The position numbers and the translations under genes are program-made. A stretch of 20,000 nucleotides of DNA from an uncultured virus (IMG/VR IMGVR_UViG_3300009610_000004) (Duplodnaviria; Heunggongvirae; Uroviricota; Caudoviricetes), in IMG/VR virus record IMGVR_UViG_3300009610_000004; one strand, given 5' to 3'. Below are positions 15,612 through 20,000 of the stretch, in pieces; positions within the stretch are counted from its first letter, which is position 1; each line of letters opens with the position of its first letter. The notes beneath the pieces are model-generated. The model ran no database searches. It was not told where the DNA came from and saw only the letters and a program-made list of their open reading frames with translations.

Positions 15612-16768
15612 GCAGCAACTATCCGGCCCCGAAGTATATTCCCTGTACCCATTGCGGCGCCGAGTTTCTGGGCAAGCCCTGGCAAGTGAAGAAATACAAC
15701 CGCACCAAGCGAGCGTACTGCTCGCCGGTCTGCGGCAACGCCGCTCTCCGCAAGCAGCGCAAACCAATGCCCATGTACACCTGTCCAACCTGCCTCGTCG
15801 AGTTCGGTTCACGCGCGCCGAAAAGGTACTGCTCGCTGAAGTGCTACATTACCTCCGATCAGTTCCGCCAGCACACGCTCGCCATGCAACCCAAGGGGAA
15901 TGCGGCGAGCGTGCTGGCCCAGACCGGGCGGCTCGCCGAGGGCACCATCGAGCAGCCGTGCCTCAACTGCCAAGCGACAATCCGGGTCGAGTTCGGTAAG
16001 CGGGGGAAGAAGAAATATTGCAGCACACGCTGCTACCGGGCCTTTATGGCGGGCCGCTTCGACCGCTGGATCGCCAATCCCCAGGAGATCGCCCTGCCCC
16101 AGTGCTACGACGAGTTCCTCATGCAGGACGAGTTGCCCTGCCTGATCGACGGCTGCGACTGGGTCGGCAAGCGCCTGGGGAACCACGTCAACTTCGCGCA
16201 CGGCATCCAGGCGGTCGACTTCAAGCGCGCCGCCGGGTTCAACAAGAAGACCGGCCTGCACACGCCTGACGTGGCGCAGCACTTGTCCGATCGCGCGCAT
16301 ATCCACGGGGCCACCTTTGGCGGCGGCTTCGACGGCATCCCCAACCCGATCCGCTCGCCGCGGTCCCTGGAAGCCGATGAGCACCTCCACAAGGCGCAGG
16401 CCCTCATGCGCGAGATCTATGTGCAGCCGGAGCGCGTCTGCGAGAGTTGCGGCGTGACCTACCAGCCGGCGCCGCTCGGCTGGAATTCAAGGTACTGCAC
16501 AAAGAAATGCCGGGAACAGTGGTACGCCAAGAACTATCAGAGGGCGCAATTCTGGTTCACTTGCGCCGTCTGCAAGAAAGCCTTCCAGGGGAACATAGCC
16601 CAGCGCCGCCGCCACGAGATACATGGCAAGCCGGTGTTCTGTTCGACGCATTGCCGTCAACTCAACAACAGCAACTGCTGGCGCAAGGGCCGGCCCAAGG
16701 GAGGCGGCCGGAAGAAAAGCGGTCCAGGCACTCGCGTGGACGTGACCGGAGATTCGCCTCAGGTGTGA
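15608..16768 (+). CDS. Multi-Zn-finger protein: five CxxC..(Y/F)C(S/T)xxC repeats around a Ros/MucR-like domain
   Basis: Repeats read directly from the translation; central CLIDGC..LGNHVNFAHGIQAVDFKRAAGF; ATGA coupling. Confidence 0.75.
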   Translation: MSSNYPAPKYIPCTHCGAEFLGKPWQVKKYNRTKRAYCSPVCGNAALRKQRKPMPMYTCPTCLVEFGSRAPKRYCSLKCYITSDQFRQHTLAMQPKGNAASVLAQTGRLAEGTIEQPCLNCQATIRVEFGKRGKKKYCSTRCYRAFMAGRFDRWIANPQEIALPQCYDEFLMQDELPCLIDGCDWVGKRLGNHVNFAHGIQAVDFKRAAGFNKKTGLHTPDVAQHLSDRAHIHGATFGGGFDGIPNPIRSPRSLEADEHLHKAQALMREIYVQPERVCESCGVTYQPAPLGWNSRYCTKKCREQWYAKNYQRAQFWFTCAVCKKAFQGNIAQRRRHEIHGKPVFCSTHCRQLNNSNCWRKGRPKGGGRKKSGPGTRVDVTGDSPQV

Positions 16769-16858
16769 GCACCCGGGAGGCGGGCTCATATCCGCCCCCC
16801 GAGTGCCTGCATCAACAGGTGCCAACAGAAACAAACCAATCAACAGGAGAATCCCAGT

Positions 16859-17167
16859 ATGCCAGAGAGAACTGAAGCGCAGCGCAAGAAGACCCGCGAC
16901 TACCAGCGGAAGCGGTACGCGCGGCTGAAGCAGGAGCAGGCCGAGGCCGCTTCGGACGCCCAGATCAAGGCCGCAGCAGCCCGCCTCGGGGCCAGCGTGG
17001 AGCGGGACTACGGGCCGAAGGCCAAACGGGCAGCTACCAAAGCGCCGGCCACGAGGCTGGCCTACATGATTCCCCGGCTGGTCGACCTCACGCTGGCGCT
17101 GCGCAAGGCCGGCTGCCGGATGGCCATCTGCACGTTCACGGACGGCTCGAAGATCACTTTGCGTTAG
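16859..17167 (+). CDS. Small basic hypothetical protein
   Basis: AGGAG RBS; K/R-rich N-terminal helix. Confidence 0.7.
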   Translation: MPERTEAQRKKTRDYQRKRYARLKQEQAEAASDAQIKAAAARLGASVERDYGPKAKRAATKAPATRLAYMIPRLVDLTLALRKAGCRMAICTFTDGSKITLR

Positions 17168-17241
17168 ATTGTGATGGGGGGAGACACCCAATGTCCCAAC
17201 AGGGCGGGCTGACTAACCGCCTGAGGCGTCTCCCCTGAACT

Positions 17242-17601
17242 TCACGAGGCCCTGGTCCTGTCCACTCCCCAACTGCACATGGTCCCCTGCGGGTGCAGTA
17301 GGTATTCCAGCGCCGCGATCATCGCGCAGAAGTTCCCCTCGGACACCCAGGTCTTCGGGTAGACCTGGAAAATGATGTCGAGGAGTCCTGCACACGTACG
17401 GCAGCGGGAGAGAGCAATGCCGTAGACGTACCCTCCTCCGGTCCTGTCGAGGAAACACTCGATCTCTTCCTTGTCGTCGGTGAGCCTCCAGACGCCCCCT
17501 TTGAACTTCCATTCCGTCTCGGGCGGCGCGTTGAGGATCTCCCTTGCGATCTCCCCTAAGTTCCGCAGCCCCTGCTTTTTTGGCCCCTTTTTCGGGATCA
17601 T
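17242..17601 (-). CDS. Hypothetical protein coupled to dnaB
   Basis: ATGA overlap with the DnaB stop; GAGG RBS. Confidence 0.65.
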   Translation of the reverse strand: MIPKKGPKKQGLRNLGEIAREILNAPPETEWKFKGGVWRLTDDKEEIECFLDRTGGGYVYGIALSRCRTCAGLLDIIFQVYPKTWVSEGNFCAMIAALEYLLHPQGTMCSWGVDRTRAS

Positions 17602-18953
17602 ATTTCGCCCTCCTCTATCCCTTCCACAATCCGCATCGTGGACGGCGTGAATACGAGTTTCACCTTCCCGGTCGCGCCGTTGCGCTGCTTGCGAATGATC
17701 AATTCGATCTCGTTGGCCCGGCGGTGGGCGATCGCCTCGCGGAGCTCGTCTTGGCTGGCGTGCAGAAACATGACTGTATTGGCGTCCTGCTCGATCGAGC
17801 CGGATTCGCGCAGATCGTGGAGCTCGGGTTCCCGTTTGTTCCTGGCAGTCTCCCGGTTGAGTTGGGAAAGGACGACGAACGGAAGCTTTAACTCGCTAGC
17901 GGCCAGCTTCAACGCACGGCTGATCTCACCGATCTCCTCAACGCGGTTGCTCCGTTTCCGCAGCGGGTAGAGGAGTTGCAGGTAGTCGACAATGACCAGT
18001 TTGGGCATAGGCTTTACTCGCTTGACCTCCGCAACGATGGCCTGCACAGTCGACCCGCTCCAGTCGTCGATCCGGAGGGCCATCTTGGACAGAGCACTCC
18101 CCGCAGCGGCGATCCGGTGCCGTGCGTCTTCGTCCTCGAAAGTCACCCCTTCGCTCAACGGTTTGAGCGGAACCTTGGCGTGTGACGCAATCATGCGCAG
18201 CCAGATCTCCCTCTCGCTCATTTCGAGCGAGAACACGATAACGCCCTGCTCACCGGCAAAGCGGGCTATCATGGCTGCCGCGGCGCTCTTGCCCAGTCCC
18301 GGCAGCGCCCCGATTACCACCAACTGGCCGGGCATGAAGCCTCCACCGGTCAGCAGTTTATTGAGATTCTCCCAAGGAGTCGGTACAGATACCCCTTTCT
18401 CGGGAGCCAGGAATTGAGCATAGCTGCCACCATACTCGGCGTCGAGGAAGGCTTCGAGCCCGCGCGAGCCGGGCCTGATTCGGGTACGGGTGCCGAGCTC
18501 CCTCAGGGCCGCCTCGGCCGAGGCGAGGACTTCCGGCCCGGCGCCGGGCATACAGCACTCCTCGGCATACTTGGCGTGCATGATGGCGGCGCGGCGCAGC
18601 GTGCTTTTGATCCGCAGCGTGCCGAGGTAGGTTTCGAGGTCAACAACCTTGGGCACGGTCGAGATCCCGCTCAGGTAGGTGAGCCCGCCCACGCTTTCCA
18701 GGTGCCGTGTGTCGGTGAGCCGCTGGCTGACCGACAGGAGGCTGATCTCCTGGCCGTTGTCGTCGCACCAGCGGCCGGCGTCGAGGATCCGCTTGTGCTG
18801 TTCGAGGTAGAAATCGTCCCGTTCCAGCGTCAGGATGGCGTTGGTGGCGTCCGGATCGTCCATGAGGACGCCCAGGACGAGCTTCTCGTACTCGACGGCC
18901 TCCGGCAAATTGGGGAGTATCTGGTTCATGAACTGTAGGGTCTGGTTGGTCAT
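17598..18953 (-). CDS. dnaB: Replicative DNA helicase, DnaB family
   Basis: N-terminal EKLVLG..DDFY...H; Walker A GALPGLGKS; FSLEMS; IVDYLQL; LSQLNR; DLRESGSIEQDA; KQRNG. Confidence 0.96.
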   Translation of the reverse strand: MTNQTLQFMNQILPNLPEAVEYEKLVLGVLMDDPDATNAILTLERDDFYLEQHKRILDAGRWCDDNGQEISLLSVSQRLTDTRHLESVGGLTYLSGISTVPKVVDLETYLGTLRIKSTLRRAAIMHAKYAEECCMPGAGPEVLASAEAALRELGTRTRIRPGSRGLEAFLDAEYGGSYAQFLAPEKGVSVPTPWENLNKLLTGGGFMPGQLVVIGALPGLGKSAAAAMIARFAGEQGVIVFSLEMSEREIWLRMIASHAKVPLKPLSEGVTFEDEDARHRIAAAGSALSKMALRIDDWSGSTVQAIVAEVKRVKPMPKLVIVDYLQLLYPLRKRSNRVEEIGEISRALKLAASELKLPFVVLSQLNRETARNKREPELHDLRESGSIEQDANTVMFLHASQDELREAIAHRRANEIELIIRKQRNGATGKVKLVFTPSTMRIVEGIEEGEI

Positions 18954-19816
18954 AAGCTCTCTTGCGGGGGAAGCCCTTCCTTGGCGCGGTCTCGGTTGAT
19001 CGCGGCCAGAATGCGTTTCTGTTTGGCGGCTTCTTCAGCCGGGTCGGAGGGCTCGAAGCCCGGAAGCAGAAGCTCGTCCTCGAAGCGCTCTTTGTTGAGC
19101 CAAGTACTCGGGTAGAGCGGGTTCCGGCCGCCTCCGATAGCTTGATCTTTGAGAATCGGGCCCTGCTGGATCGCCAGGGCGATGAGGCGGCGGCCACCGG
19201 CCTCGTCCTTGACGATCCGGTCCCAGGCGGCCTTGGCGTCTTTCTTGCCGACCTTGTACCAGACAATGGCCCAGAACTCCTCGAAGAAGTCAGGCGGGAG
19301 CTCCGGTTTGGGCTTCGGGGCTTTCCGCGCTTTCGGCGCTTTGAGAGGCGCAACCACAACCGCAGCCGCAATCGCAGATTGCGGTTCTGTGTCTGTAATT
19401 CTTATTTCTTCTTTATTGTTAGTGGGGGTTTTTTGGGGAAGTGTTGGGGCTTTGTTGGGGCTTTGTTGGGGGTTGCCTTGCCATCCGTTCTGGTAACGCT
19501 CAAAGTTTTCAACGGTATACAACGTAAATTTGTTGGTGGTTTTGGTGGCCAGTACGTGTGCTTTTGTTAGGGCTTCTATGGAGCCGCGAACTTGATCGCG
19601 TGTGACCCCGCACTGGGCCGCAATTTCGATGGAACTGCTGATGAAGCTGCCGACCGGGATGTCTATTCCCTGGTATGTTTTAGGCTTATAGGCGGCTTTC
19701 AGCAGGCAGTAAACGAAGATTTTGAAGTACGCCAGCGGGTACTTGGTGAATATTGGGTTGTCGAGCAGGCTCCGGTACAGAGCGACGTAGCCGCGAGACA
19801 GGTTGTCTTCGTTCAC
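18950..19816 (-). CDS. Phage replication initiator (lambda O / replisome organizer-like)
   Basis: GYVALYRSL N-terminus, HTH-like segment, repeat-rich linker, C-terminal FEEFW...K..A...W and PSTWLN..RFEDE; sits directly upstream of dnaB. Confidence 0.85.
   Translation of the reverse strand: MNEDNLSRGYVALYRSLLDNPIFTKYPLAYFKIFVYCLLKAAYKPKTYQGIDIPVGSFISSSIEIAAQCGVTRDQVRGSIEALTKAHVLATKTTNKFTLYTVENFERYQNGWQGNPQQSPNKAPTLPQKTPTNNKEEIRITDTEPQSAIAAAVVVAPLKAPKARKAPKPKPELPPDFFEEFWAIVWYKVGKKDAKAAWDRIVKDEAGGRRLIALAIQQGPILKDQAIGGGRNPLYPSTWLNKERFEDELLLPGFEPSDPAEEAAKQKRILAAINRDRAKEGLPPQESL
19396..19471. repeat. Iteron array plus AT-rich tract; probable phage replication origin inside the initiator gene
   Basis: TGGGG at 19423, 19434, 19445, 19456 and 19467 (exact 11-bp period), next to AT-rich 19396-19421. 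Confidence 0.8.
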
Positions 19817-19960
19817 TTCAGCCTTATCTGGCTCACCGGGGGCGGGCTGGATAAGGGCAGCCCGCGATTCCCGGTAGATTCCGTTCGTACGGCTCAGTGA
19901 TCAGCCGAGCCGCTTTCCGTCGAACGGACAATTCTAACTCTAGCCGCCGTTGATTTGCAA
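19817..19960 (-). promoter_or_regulatory. Promoter and structured 5' leader of the initiator gene
   Basis: TTGCAA-N18-TAGAAT on the minus strand (19960-19931); two long hairpins; a loop CCTTATC complementary to GATAAGG at the RBS. Confidence 0.6.
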
Positions 19961-20000
19961 TAGGGTTACGCTCATTTACGCTCAAGCACACGGCTCACCG

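Noticed and set aside
17172..17240. Possible self-cleaving ribozyme in the convergent intergenic structure
   Set aside because: No hammerhead CUGANGA/GAAA core or other ribozyme consensus found on either strand
14760..19570. Alternative-frame ORFs 14760..15572, 14960..15508, 18640..19371 and 18962..19570
   Set aside because: They overlap well-supported genes, have R/P/G-rich low-information translations and, unlike the MTase nested ORF, supply no missing motif

Overview
This window looks entirely like a segment of a GC-rich tailed temperate phage or prophage; I see no host housekeeping genes. Left to right: (1) an A/C-rich, mostly non-coding first kb containing a 46-aa leaderless phage ORF; (2) a leftward terminase-small-subunit-like Zn/HTH gene; (3) two rightward operons (2183-6045 and 6446-11996) of about 25 small, translationally coupled ORFs, including DUF3768, Zn-ribbon proteins, tandem paralogs and acidic proteins, separated by long hairpin+RBS spacers, an intrinsic terminator and a promoter; (4) a C5 DNA methyltransferase whose motif IX is encoded by a nested +1-frame ORF; (5) a leftward MBL hydrolase, a rightward HNH endonuclease and a 127-nt tRNA-shaped RNA lacking a canonical anticodon arm; (6) an RHH/C2H2 regulator divergent from a tyrosine recombinase and a multi-Zn-finger/MucR-like protein; (7) a leftward replication module (initiator with internal iterons, plus DnaB) with a structured leader. 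The best leads are the expanded tRNA-like RNA, the two-frame methyltransferase with repeated modules, the initiator-leader pseudoknot and the repeated intergenic hairpin cassettes. All calls were made by eye and no searches were run.
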